Assembly: GCA_040755995.1 (NCBI GenBank)
Contig: JBFMAF010000055.1
Location: 128,001-192,000 of the forward strand
Direction: 5' to 3'
Length of the DNA: 64,000 nt
Source: Acidobacteriota bacterium
Lineage (GTDB): Bacteria; Acidobacteriota; CAIWXX01
The position numbers were made by a program, and so were the translations under genes. Below the pieces are notes generated by a model that did not search any database, was not told the origin of the DNA, and worked only from the letters and a program-made list of their open reading frames with translations. Below, piece by piece: positions 18,635-28,304 of the stretch. Numbering within the stretch: position 1 is the stretch's first letter; every line of letters starts with the position of its first letter.

Positions 18635-20740
18635 TCACCCCTGGGCTCCCGCGGCGGAAGCCGCCGCCACCAACCACTCCAACATCTCCGTGTAGTCCAG
18701 GCGGGGATTGTATCCCTCGACGCGGAACCTGACCCGGCCTTTCGGATCTACGATCAGGGTCAGGGGTATTCCTTCTATCCGGAAGCGGCTTCCTGCTTTG
18801 GGATCCATCAGCACGGGAAACGTGAAGTTCTTGTTCTTGAGGTACTGCTCGACACGGCCTGCGGGCTCCTCTACGTTGATCGCCATGATTGCCATTGCAG
18901 GGTCGTTCTTGTGCTTATCGTAAAACTTCTGGAACTCAGGCAGCTCGCTCCTGCACGGAAGACACCAACTCGCCCACAGGTTCAGAACCATGGTCTTGCC
19001 GAGGAGTCCCTTCGACGTCATGCTCGCCTCGGTGCCAAACCGCTTCAGCTCGAATTGCGGCAGCGGCTCGGGAGCGACCTTGAACTGCTCCAGCACCTGA
19101 GCCTGTGACTCGCTCTTTGCGGTCCTCCTCAACGCGTCCACGTAGTCGCTCCAACCCAGCTCCCCGCCGGACTTGCGCAGATACATCTCCTTCAGAGCGG
19201 CCTCCGCCGCCGGCGAGAGATTCGATTGGCGGTAGGCGGCCTCGAGGTGGCGCTTCGCGGCATCCCAGTCCTTCTCTTGAGTGGCAAGAACGCCGAGCAT
19301 CCGGTGCCATTCGGCGGCGGAATCCGACGCCGGGAATGTCTCGAGCAGGCGTTGGAGCAGCGGCCCGGCCTCGCCGTACCTCCCGCTGTCGAAGTACGCC
19401 CGGGCCATCAGCTCGTCGGCCGAGTTGTCGACCCAGCGGCGCATGTCCTGCGGGACCTCGTAGCCCGGGGGCGTGTTTTCGAAAGCCGACTGCGCACGCC
19501 TGGCCCAGAGGACAGCCTTCTCAGGTACGCCTGCATCCAGGTAGCCTCGAGCGATGACCAGCCAGGTCCGCGCGGCCAGCGCGGGCGCAACAGGCGTGTC
19601 CCTGAGGTCGGCGATTTCCGACCAGCGATCGAGCGCCTCAGCCAGCTTCGTCTTGTCTCCAGCCTTGGTCAGGATCTGGACAAGCACATGATATGCGCGC
19701 GAGCGGAGCGGCGGCTCCGGTGTCGTCTGTATCAACGCGCGGGCCTTGGCTTCAGCCTCGGCGATGCTCCCCTGGTTCAGCAGGCGCATTGCCTCGTCCA
19801 GCCCCGAGTTCAGCTCCACTCGGGCCGTTGTCTCCGACTTCGGAAAGCGCCGCTTCAGCTCATCGAGAAGCGAGGCGGCGCGGTCCTTCTGGCCGAAGAG
19901 CTCGTAGGTTCCGATTGCCAGATCGAGGGAGTCAGCATCGCGGTCGCGCCGCGTGAGGAAGTCCTCCAGGTCGGAGAAGATCTGGTCGAGGCCGATGGGA
20001 GGCGGGTTCATCTGGCGAAGCACACCGTACTTCATCCTCCGGATGAGCACCGAATCCGGGTCGCACTTCTCCGCGGCCACCACCTGCCGGTATGCCTCTG
20101 CATAGGCGCCCACGGCGAGGTGGACGCTGGCCGAGCCCAACAAGGGAGAGGCCCAGCCGGGCGTCAGCTCGGCGGCTCGAGCGTACTCGTCGAGCGCCTT
20201 CTCCCGGTTCCCGCTCTTCTCCGAATTCCTCCGGTAAGCCTCCCCCAGCCAGTAGTGCAGCACGTCGCTCCGAGGTTGCCTCTCGATTGATTCGCGGAGG
20301 TACGCCTCGGCACCGGGGGACTTGAGCTGGAGGAGCAGGTAGCCTTTCATCGCGGCGAGCGCCGCGTTTTCGGGGTAGGCCTTCAGCCCTCTCTCGATTT
20401 CCAGCAGTGCTGCGTCGGCCCCCTTCTCTTCTTCCAGCCGCGCGCGCAGAACGTACAGCGCGGCGCGCTCTCCGAACCTCGTCTGGAACTCGGTGATCTT
20501 GGCCCTGAGCGCCTCGCCCTTGACCGAGTGAGAGACGCAGTACATATACTCGTCCACGGCGTCCGGTGGAGGCGCTTGGCTCTTCACGACCAACGGTTCC
20601 AGCAGCGCTGCTCCCATATCGTAGTGGTAGTTCAAGCGGAGCAACCGGGCGGTGGATGTAGCACTCTGAGTCTGTTGCGCATGGGACATGAGCGGTAGGA
20701 GGCACGAGATCAGGGCACTCAGCCCGAGGCGGGTCACCAT
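18635..20740 (-). CDS. exported TPR-repeat protein with C-terminal TlpA/redoxin domain
   Basis: Signal peptide ending SHA-QQ; multiple TPRs; VLNLWASWCLPCRSELP and IPLTLIVDPKG; start set at ATG 20740 (GGGAG RBS). Confidence 0.85.
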   Translation of the reverse strand: MVTRLGLSALISCLLPLMSHAQQTQSATSTARLLRLNYHYDMGAALLEPLVVKSQAPPPDAVDEYMYCVSHSVKGEALRAKITEFQTRFGERAALYVLRARLEEEKGADAALLEIERGLKAYPENAALAAMKGYLLLQLKSPGAEAYLRESIERQPRSDVLHYWLGEAYRRNSEKSGNREKALDEYARAAELTPGWASPLLGSASVHLAVGAYAEAYRQVVAAEKCDPDSVLIRRMKYGVLRQMNPPPIGLDQIFSDLEDFLTRRDRDADSLDLAIGTYELFGQKDRAASLLDELKRRFPKSETTARVELNSGLDEAMRLLNQGSIAEAEAKARALIQTTPEPPLRSRAYHVLVQILTKAGDKTKLAEALDRWSEIADLRDTPVAPALAARTWLVIARGYLDAGVPEKAVLWARRAQSAFENTPPGYEVPQDMRRWVDNSADELMARAYFDSGRYGEAGPLLQRLLETFPASDSAAEWHRMLGVLATQEKDWDAAKRHLEAAYRQSNLSPAAEAALKEMYLRKSGGELGWSDYVDALRRTAKSESQAQVLEQFKVAPEPLPQFELKRFGTEASMTSKGLLGKTMVLNLWASWCLPCRSELPEFQKFYDKHKNDPAMAIMAINVEEPAGRVEQYLKNKNFTFPVLMDPKAGSRFRIEGIPLTLIVDPKGRVRFRVEGYNPRLDYTEMLEWLVAAASAAGAQG

Positions 20741-20948
20741 GAGGTCGCTCCCGGCGAGGCTGCGCCTCGGGCCCACGAGCTGCTGAGGTACCCGCATGCT
20801 GGCCGAAGGCTTGTTCGAGCACCCGTATCGGTCCGGGGCGGCTGTCGGGAACGAGTACGCCGCCGGTTGGATGTGTTTATGACGCATCGCTCCGAGAAGT
20901 TCATACCATCGCAACATGTTTCTTCGCCTCAAGCCCTTCTGGTTCTCC

Positions 20949-22055
20949 TCAGTATACTCCCACGAGCGTGTCCTGGATGAGGTGATCCACGACGGCTCGC
21001 ATGTCGTTGGTCTGCGCGAAGACCTGGAGTTGCCGGTCCGCACTGGTTCCTTCTCTCAGAATCGTGTGCAAGTACGAGACCTCTCGTCGCGAGCCGAGCT
21101 GGTCCACTACGTCGTCAACGAAGTCGAGCAGCTCCATCATGAGACTCGCCGTGTCGACTTCCGTCCTCTTGCCGAAATCGATCAACTTGCCCGATATGCC
21201 GTATCTCAACGCTCTCCACTTGTTCTCCTCGATCAGTGACCGGCGGTACAACCGGAAGCCCATATTCTGAGAGTAGAGCTTGTAGAGCTTCGCGACGATC
21301 GCCTGGATGAGCGCCGCTATGCAGATCGTCTCTTCGAGACGCGTGGTCAGGTCCATGATGCGGAATTCGAGCGTTGGGAAGAACCAATGAGGGCGCACGT
21401 CCCACCAGATCTTCTTGCCATTGTCGACACAACCGGTTTTCATCAAGAGCTTCACATAGTTCTCGAACTCCGCCCAGGACTCGAAGTAGTCCGGGATGCC
21501 GGTTCTGGGGAACCGCCTGAATATTGAGCACCGTGTGCTCTTCAGGCCCGTGGGGCGTGCCAGCCAGAAGGGGGAGGAGGTGGTAAGGGCGAGGATGTGG
21601 GGGAGGAAGTAGCGTACGGCGTTCATGAGCTCGATCGAGACATCCCGGTCCTTGACGCCGACATGGACGTGCAGGCCGAAAATGAGATTGGCACGGGCCA
21701 CATCCTGCATGTCTTCGATGATTTCTTTGTAGCGGGCGTGGTCCGTCACGTCCTGGGTGCGCCAGTCTGAAAACGGGTGTGTGCCGGCGGCGACCATGCG
21801 AAGGTCCGACCGGCGCGCGAGCTGGTCGACGCACTGCCTGAGCAGGCGGAGGTCATCGCGTGCCTCCGCAACATTGCTGCAAATTCGCGTCCCGACCTCG
21901 ACTACCGACTGGTGCAGCTCCGGCTTGACTCGCTCGCCCAGCAGCAGCTTCCCCTCACCCATGATCGTCTCGATGTGGCTCCGCAGCTCCCGTGTCTCCG
22001 GGTCGACGATCTGGTACTCCTCTTCGATGCCAAGGGTGAACTGTTTGAATTCCAC
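20949..22055 (-). CDS. ybdK: carboxylate-amine ligase (GCS2/YbdK family, glutamate-cysteine ligase-like)
   Basis: FTLGIEEEYQIVD, AAGTHPF, FGLHVHVG, SSPFW, WWDVRPH, TLEFRIMD, ENKWRALRYG; GTG start after GGAGG. Confidence 0.9.
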   Translation of the reverse strand: MEFKQFTLGIEEEYQIVDPETRELRSHIETIMGEGKLLLGERVKPELHQSVVEVGTRICSNVAEARDDLRLLRQCVDQLARRSDLRMVAAGTHPFSDWRTQDVTDHARYKEIIEDMQDVARANLIFGLHVHVGVKDRDVSIELMNAVRYFLPHILALTTSSPFWLARPTGLKSTRCSIFRRFPRTGIPDYFESWAEFENYVKLLMKTGCVDNGKKIWWDVRPHWFFPTLEFRIMDLTTRLEETICIAALIQAIVAKLYKLYSQNMGFRLYRRSLIEENKWRALRYGISGKLIDFGKRTEVDTASLMMELLDFVDDVVDQLGSRREVSYLHTILREGTSADRQLQVFAQTNDMRAVVDHLIQDTLVGVY

Positions 22056-22232
22056 GGGGCCACCTCCCATTGATGATTGGCATTCTACACCAGCCGATGC
22101 CGCGGCTCCAATGGGCCCTGAATCCTCAAGTCCGCCGGCGGGCACATGGCATGCGCGGACGTGAATGGATCGGTATGGATCGGTGTTGTGGAGCGCAGGT
22201 GCGCCCAGGAGCTCGAGCGCCGGGCCGGCGGC

Positions 22233-23600
22233 TCAGCCGACGACGAAGGTCGGGACCTGGCCTCCGCCGCTCGTCACGTTGCAGAGCGAGCCGGCAGAGA
22301 GTCTCGTCAGGCAGCCCACCACGCCACGACCGCTGAAGATGAAGGGATCCATGTCGACGATCATTTCCTTCAGCCGGAGATTCTCGCGGATGTCGGGGAA
22401 GGGTTCCTTCCTGACATCGACTCGCTGCTGCACGATGTAGCCCCCGTCCATGGCCTTGCGGATGTGCTGGTTCCACGCATCCTGCTCGGTCTCCCACCCG
22501 ATGACCACACCGCGGCCGCCGTAGTCGTCGTTCGGTTTCAAGACGAGCTTTCGTCGATTCCCCTCTATGTATGCCAGCAGCTCGATCTGCCTCCCGTTCA
22601 ACTTGACCCGCTGGTCCGCAACCTTGCGCGTCCAGGGTATGTGCTCCAGCACGGCCTGGCGCGTTTCGGGCTTCATGGCATCCAGAAACTCGTCCTCGTG
22701 GAGGGCGGCGAAGATCGCCTTCTTGTGGAGGACCTTGGTGCGGAACGAATTCACCACACAGACCCTGCCGCTGCGATAGGCCTCTGCCATCGGGATGCAC
22801 TCGCCCAGCTTCTCCAGGAACTCGTCGACCAGAACGCGCCGGTAGACCAGGTCGATTCGAAAATCGCCGCGGTAGAGCTTCTTGTTTCGCAGCTCGAGGT
22901 GGCGGGGATCGCAGATGATGGTCCTGTAGCCCCGCCTATCGAAGAACTCGGCCACGATCTCGAACTCGGTGCGCGTCGGCACGTCCTCCCAGTCCACGAT
23001 GGCGATATTCGGCTTGTTGCGGCCCCCCCACTGGCGATAGGCCGCGACCAATGTCGCCAGCAGGGCCGGCAGCGCCTGGACGTGGGCGATCTTTCTGTGC
23101 TTCCGGAACTCCTTGAAGGTCGGCAGCGCCGAGAATATCTCCGCCAGTACGTCCCCGTACCCGATCCCGGTGGGGCACTCCGCATTGTATTCGACGAACT
23201 TGAACGACGTGGGCGTGAGAAACGAGTCCAGGCGCGACGTGGCAGAGGCGGCCTTGAAGCCTGGTTCGTAGCGGAAGAACTGCTTCTCGAGGTCGCTCAA
23301 GCCGAGCCAGTCCAGCCACCTGGCGTCCGCCAGCGCCCGGTTGACCACCAGGTCGAAGGCGGGCTTCAAGGACTTCACGACGTCGCGGACATAGCCGTAC
23401 TCCGCCCGCGAAAGGAAGAACGGACGCAGAAACGGGCAGAGCACGCGATCGCCGTACGAGATGCCCCGGAGGCGCATCCTCTCCTGCATCTCCGCGACGC
23501 CATCCAACGCCATCGTGCGATCCCGGGCGATGATTGCGTGGTAGTCTCTGATGACTTCTTCGGTCAGAGATGCCGCTTTCTGCAAGTCAACCTTGGGCAT
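22233..23600 (-). CDS. circularly permuted ATP-grasp (type 2-like) ligase, paralog B
   Basis: SRLDSF, FKFVEYNAECPTG, IAIVDW, IDLVYRRV, LKPNDDYGGRG, YIVQQRV, CNVTSGGGQVPTF. Confidence 0.82.
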   Translation of the reverse strand: MPKVDLQKAASLTEEVIRDYHAIIARDRTMALDGVAEMQERMRLRGISYGDRVLCPFLRPFFLSRAEYGYVRDVVKSLKPAFDLVVNRALADARWLDWLGLSDLEKQFFRYEPGFKAASATSRLDSFLTPTSFKFVEYNAECPTGIGYGDVLAEIFSALPTFKEFRKHRKIAHVQALPALLATLVAAYRQWGGRNKPNIAIVDWEDVPTRTEFEIVAEFFDRRGYRTIICDPRHLELRNKKLYRGDFRIDLVYRRVLVDEFLEKLGECIPMAEAYRSGRVCVVNSFRTKVLHKKAIFAALHEDEFLDAMKPETRQAVLEHIPWTRKVADQRVKLNGRQIELLAYIEGNRRKLVLKPNDDYGGRGVVIGWETEQDAWNQHIRKAMDGGYIVQQRVDVRKEPFPDIRENLRLKEMIVDMDPFIFSGRGVVGCLTRLSAGSLCNVTSGGGQVPTFVVG

Positions 23601-23767
23601 CCGCTCGCTATAACTCCCTCATTCTTTCGGCCAGCCAACTGGAGCTTCACAGGATTCGTCACTGCATCCATGCATCGGCAAACCACTAATATACCCCAAA
23701 ACAGACTGAAAAACAACAGGTTTCCCGTGTCGCGCGCCTGTGTTATACATCTTCCGGTGTGAGGCGT

Positions 23768-25423
23768 ATGCGAATAGGAATAGCACAGATCAACACGACC
23801 GTCGGCGATTTCAGCCAGAACGTACGAAAGATCACGAGCTTCGCGCGAAGGGCCGCAGACCGCGGCTGCGATCTGGTTATCTTCCCGGAGATGGCCGTGT
23901 GCGGGTACCCTCCACGGGACCTTGTCGAAAAAGAGGACTTCATCTCGCTGAACCTCGACGCGCTCGACGCGGTGATCCGCCGGGCACCGAAGCAGATCTC
24001 CCTGGTTCTCGGCTTCATCGATCGGAACACCTCTACGACCGGCAAGCCGTTTTTCAACGCGGCGGCCGTGATCCGCGACGGCGCGCGAGTCTCCACCCAC
24101 TACAAGTCCCTCCTGCCGACTTATGACGTGTTCGACGAGGGGAGATACTTCGAGCCTGCGCCCTATGTGAGCGTGGCTCAGGTCGGCGATGCCCGCGTGG
24201 GCATCACGATCTGCGAGGACGTCTGGAACGACAAGCACTACTGGCGGAAGCGGCTCTACCACCGGGATCCCGTGGAGCGGCTTTCGAAAGAGGGGATCGA
24301 TTTCCTCGTCAACATCTCAGCGTCTCCTTACTCGGTCGGGAAGCAGCAACTCCGCGAGGAGATGCTCACGGCGCTTGCAGCCGGCCTCAAGGTCCCGGTC
24401 GCCTACTGCAACCTCGTAGGCGGCAACGACAGCCTGATCTTCGACGGCGCCAGCTTCGGCCTCGGCCCCGGCGGGGAGAAGCTGGCGCAAGCCAGGGAGC
24501 TGGCGGAGGATCTCGTGTGCTTCTCAACCGACGGCTCGGCGGGTGACGTGCATCGGGCCGCCGGCGGCCCGATCGATGCCCTTTATCACGCGCTCGTGCT
24601 CGGCACGCGCGACTACTGCCGCAAGTGCGGCTTCAAGAAGGCAGTCGTCGGCCTTTCCGGCGGCATCGACTCGGCCCTGACGGCCTGCGTCGCCGCCGAG
24701 GCTCTCGGCCCCGCCAACGTGCTCGGCGTCACCATGCCGTCCACCTACTCGTCCAGAGGCAGCGTTGACGACTCCGTGAAGCTCGCCAGAAACCTTCGCA
24801 TCGCCTTCAAGCGCGTGCCGATCGAGCCGCTGCGCAAAGCATATCTGCGCAGCCTCGCCCCCGCCATCGACGGCGCGCCGGCGGGGGTGACCGAGGAAAA
24901 CCTCCAGGCCCGCATCCGCGGCAACATACTGATGGCCGTCTCGAACCGCTCGGGCCACCTCGTGCTCAGCACGGGCAACAAGTCCGAGCTCGCAGTCGGA
25001 TACTGCACGCTTTACGGGGACATGTGCGGAGGACTCGCGGTCATCTCCGATGTTCCCAAGCTCATGGTCTACCAGCTCGCCAACTATGTGAATCGAGACC
25101 GCGAGATCATCCCGTCAGATACGATCTCGAAGGCGCCCTCCGCCGAGCTCCGCCCGGACCAGCGCGACGAGGATTCTCTTCCGCCCTACCGCATCCTTGA
25201 TCCCATCCTGCGGATGTACGTCGAGGACAACTTGCGGATCGACGAGATCGTGAAGCAGGGATTCGATCGAAAGGTGGTCCGAGAGGTGGTTCGACTCATA
25301 CACAGGAGCGAATACAAGCGGCAGCAAGCCGCTCCGGGCCTCCGCGTCACCTCCCGCGCCTTCGGCCACGGCAGGAGATACCCGATCTCGGAACGGTTCG
25401 GCGAGGCCGTGCGTAGGCTCTGA
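23768..25423 (+). CDS. nadE: glutamine-dependent NAD+ synthetase
   Basis: Nitrilase domain (FPEM...GYPPRDL, ICEDVW) plus GLSGGIDS, ENLQARIRG, TGNKSE, PSAELRPDQ. Confidence 0.96.
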   Translation: MRIGIAQINTTVGDFSQNVRKITSFARRAADRGCDLVIFPEMAVCGYPPRDLVEKEDFISLNLDALDAVIRRAPKQISLVLGFIDRNTSTTGKPFFNAAAVIRDGARVSTHYKSLLPTYDVFDEGRYFEPAPYVSVAQVGDARVGITICEDVWNDKHYWRKRLYHRDPVERLSKEGIDFLVNISASPYSVGKQQLREEMLTALAAGLKVPVAYCNLVGGNDSLIFDGASFGLGPGGEKLAQARELAEDLVCFSTDGSAGDVHRAAGGPIDALYHALVLGTRDYCRKCGFKKAVVGLSGGIDSALTACVAAEALGPANVLGVTMPSTYSSRGSVDDSVKLARNLRIAFKRVPIEPLRKAYLRSLAPAIDGAPAGVTEENLQARIRGNILMAVSNRSGHLVLSTGNKSELAVGYCTLYGDMCGGLAVISDVPKLMVYQLANYVNRDREIIPSDTISKAPSAELRPDQRDEDSLPPYRILDPILRMYVEDNLRIDEIVKQGFDRKVVREVVRLIHRSEYKRQQAAPGLRVTSRAFGHGRRYPISERFGEAVRRL

Positions 25424-25599
25424 GCTCGCCAGCAGGCAGAGCACGGCCGTACACTGGCGAGGCGCTGCCTCGGACCGACTCCTACTACCTGCGCCTGACG
25501 CCCACATACCAGGGCCGACGGCCTGAACGAGTACCCGTGCCCGACCGGGGGCTGCCAGCGGGGACGGGTACAGGTAGGCACCCACATTGGAGCTGGCGC

Positions 25600-27165
25600 C
25601 TATCTGCGAACGGCGATGTCCTCCGCCAGTATGTAGCTGTCGTGGCGCGGTTGCCATGACAGCGATCCGTCCATCGCGTATACGTCCTGGTCGATATAGA
25701 GAGGGATCCAGACCAGGTCGTCCATCAGCTTGCTCATGGCCTCCTGAAGCGCCCGCCCCCGGTCGGCGATGTTCATGAGCTCGGTGTTCTCTCGCGCGAT
25801 CCGATCGATCTCCGGGTCCGAGTACGCGCCGTAGTTGATCCTTCCGAGAAGGCCCTGGGGGTCCGGGGAGTGGAAGGCGAGTTCGAGAACCTGGCTCGCG
25901 TCACCTATGGGGCAGCCGAGGCGAGAGAGCATGAAAGTCATCTCGTGCCTGCCGGCGGCCTGGAAGAATTCGTGGTCCTGCAACACCTTCAATCCGACCC
26001 GTACGCCCACCTCATCGAGCTGCTCTCTGACAAGCAGTGCCGCCTCACCCAGGATCTGCCGCACGTGCAGGGTGACTTCGAACCCGTCTGGGAGGCCCGC
26101 CTCCGCGAGAAACTCCCTGGCCAACGCCGGGTCGTATGGCGGCAGGCCGATCTCCGGATTGAATCCGAAGACGAAGGCCGGGACCGGCTGCGTCGCAGGA
26201 ACCGCGGCGGCGGTGAGACTGGATGCCAGCCGCTGGCGATCGATCGCAAGTGAAAGGGCCTTGCGCACCAGGCGGTTCTTGAACGGGTTCGGTCTGACCG
26301 CACAATACGGCGTGATGTCTCGCGCCATGTCGAACGCCAGGTACTTCACGAAAAGGCTCTCGCGTCGATGGATGCCGAACCGATCGCGCGCCTGCGCCAG
26401 CTTGTCGAGGTTCCTCGAGCTGCACTGGACGAACTGGGACTTGCCCGACAGCAGGTCCTCGATTGCGTCCTGCGGCGTACGCCGCAGATGAATCCGCACC
26501 TTTTGGAAGTCCGGTTTCTTGCCCCGGTACCGGTCATTCCGGTCTAGAGTGATCAAGTCCGGTTCCCACTTGTAGAGCTGGTAGGGTCCCGTGCCATCCA
26601 CCCTCTCGACCATTCTCTCCGCCGTCATCCCCTCCGGTATGATCAGCAGGAAGTTGAGCTTGTTCAGGAAAACGCTCTGAGGCCGCTTCGTGGTGATCTG
26701 GACCGCGTACGGATCGAGCTCCTTCACATCCTCTATCGCAGTTGTGTACGTTCCCATTTCCAGATTCCGGCTGGTCATGAGGCGCCGGAGCGAGTACACG
26801 ACGTCCCGGGCTTGCAGCGGCTTGCCGGAATGAAACTTCGCCGATCGTTCGAGGCGAAAGACCCAGGTCGAGGGATCCGGCGTAGCCCAGGTGCTGGCAA
26901 GGCACGGCTGCACCTTCAGGTTGGCATCGGTGCGCACGAGCGGCTCGTAGCAGTTGGCGAGGACCGCGAAATTGCTGATGGTGTCCGAGGCGTGCGGGTC
27001 AAGGGTATCCAGCTCGTAGGGCACCGAGATGTCGAGAGAGTCCGGGATGGGCCTCTGCTGCATCTTGCAGCCAGTCGAGAAGACCGACAGGACACAAGCG
27101 GCTGTGAGGGCGCCGGCGATCGTTACGCCTGCACGGCGCAGGCGTCCCGGCATGCCGCTGGTCAT
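25600..27165 (-). CDS. ABC transporter substrate-binding lipoprotein, family 5 (Opp/Dpp-like); start approximate
   Basis: Lipobox-like STGC; TLDPH, YEPLV, PCLASTW, FHSGKPL, GTGPY, VRKALSLAIDR. Confidence 0.88.
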   Translation of the reverse strand: MTSGMPGRLRRAGVTIAGALTAACVLSVFSTGCKMQQRPIPDSLDISVPYELDTLDPHASDTISNFAVLANCYEPLVRTDANLKVQPCLASTWATPDPSTWVFRLERSAKFHSGKPLQARDVVYSLRRLMTSRNLEMGTYTTAIEDVKELDPYAVQITTKRPQSVFLNKLNFLLIIPEGMTAERMVERVDGTGPYQLYKWEPDLITLDRNDRYRGKKPDFQKVRIHLRRTPQDAIEDLLSGKSQFVQCSSRNLDKLAQARDRFGIHRRESLFVKYLAFDMARDITPYCAVRPNPFKNRLVRKALSLAIDRQRLASSLTAAAVPATQPVPAFVFGFNPEIGLPPYDPALAREFLAEAGLPDGFEVTLHVRQILGEAALLVREQLDEVGVRVGLKVLQDHEFFQAAGRHEMTFMLSRLGCPIGDASQVLELAFHSPDPQGLLGRINYGAYSDPEIDRIARENTELMNIADRGRALQEAMSKLMDDLVWIPLYIDQDVYAMDGSLSWQPRHDSYILAEDIAVRR

Positions 27166-27337
27166 CGCCGTGACCGGTCCCGCCATTCTGCTGCATCCTC
27201 GCGGGCAGACGAGGAGGTCCGGGATTCCGAGACCCCCACTCTCTCCGCGAGGTGCGGCCAGAGGGGGCCTGACATGCTTCATCGGCCCGAGGCCGCGCCT
27301 GGTTAGTCGGTCCCCGCGGCCGTCCTGGCTGGCCAAG

Positions 27338-28303
27338 TCAGCCCCTGAGATGGCTGGCCGCCACCTCCGGCGGGATCGGGTTCGTGAAGAATCCGGTGCC
27401 CCACTCGAAGCCCGCGAGGGCGGTCAGTCGCGGGCGGACCTCGATGTGCCAGTGATACGATTGCTCCGGCGGGTCTCGGAACGGAGCGCTGTGAACGATC
27501 AGCGTATAGGATGGATCCCGCAGACGCTTCTGAAGCATCTCAAATGATGTGCGGACAGCCATCGCAAGGTCTGCCAGCTCGTCATCGGCGCTGGCGGCGA
27601 AGTCGGCCCGGTGCAGCAGCGGCATGATGAGCAGCTCGAAGGGATAGCGGGAGGCGTACGGAGCGTGGACGAGGACGTGATCGGTCAGCATCACGGTCCG
27701 GCTGGGATCCTTGAGCTCCTCGTCCCGCATGTCGCACCATACGCAGCGCTCCTTGAAGCGATAGTAGCTCTCCGCCCCCTGGATCTCCTCCACGAGCGTC
27801 CGCGGGACGATCGGGAGGCCGACGACGTGGGAGTGTGGATGAGGGAAACGACTTGCCATGCCGCCATAGTTCTTGACGACGAGGCTGGAGCGCAGGCGCG
27901 GGTCCTTTCGGATTTCACAAAACCTCTCGCGGTAGGTGCGAAAGACGAGTGCGACCTGTTCGGCATCCATCGTGGCCCATGATCGCAGATGCTCCCGAGA
28001 CTCAATCACGATCTCATGGACGCCGACTCCGTTCATGCGATCGTAGATCCCCTTCGGCTGGCGGTCCAGCTTGCCCTCGGTGCACAGGATGGGCCGGATG
28101 TCGGATACGACGCGAGTTCTCCAATTCCCCTGGTCATCGCGGATGGAGAATATTTCTCTTTCGTTGTTCGACGCAGGGCAGAATGGACATACGCTCGGCA
28201 GCGTGTCCTCCTCCCGAGGAAAGAGCCCCTCGATCCCGACGGCTCTTTCCCGCGGTATCGTGATCCACCGCTCGACCACAGGATCCTTCCGAAGCTCGAT
28301 CAT
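27338..28303 (-). CDS. galT: galactose-1-phosphate uridylyltransferase-like protein (GalT family)
   Basis: ELRKDPV, CPFCP, GVHEIVIES, HPHSH, APYASRYPFE, YHWHIE, AGFEWGTG. Confidence 0.85.
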   Translation of the reverse strand: MIELRKDPVVERWITIPRERAVGIEGLFPREEDTLPSVCPFCPASNNEREIFSIRDDQGNWRTRVVSDIRPILCTEGKLDRQPKGIYDRMNGVGVHEIVIESREHLRSWATMDAEQVALVFRTYRERFCEIRKDPRLRSSLVVKNYGGMASRFPHPHSHVVGLPIVPRTLVEEIQGAESYYRFKERCVWCDMRDEELKDPSRTVMLTDHVLVHAPYASRYPFELLIMPLLHRADFAASADDELADLAMAVRTSFEMLQKRLRDPSYTLIVHSAPFRDPPEQSYHWHIEVRPRLTALAGFEWGTGFFTNPIPPEVAASHLRG

Positions 28304-28304
28304 C

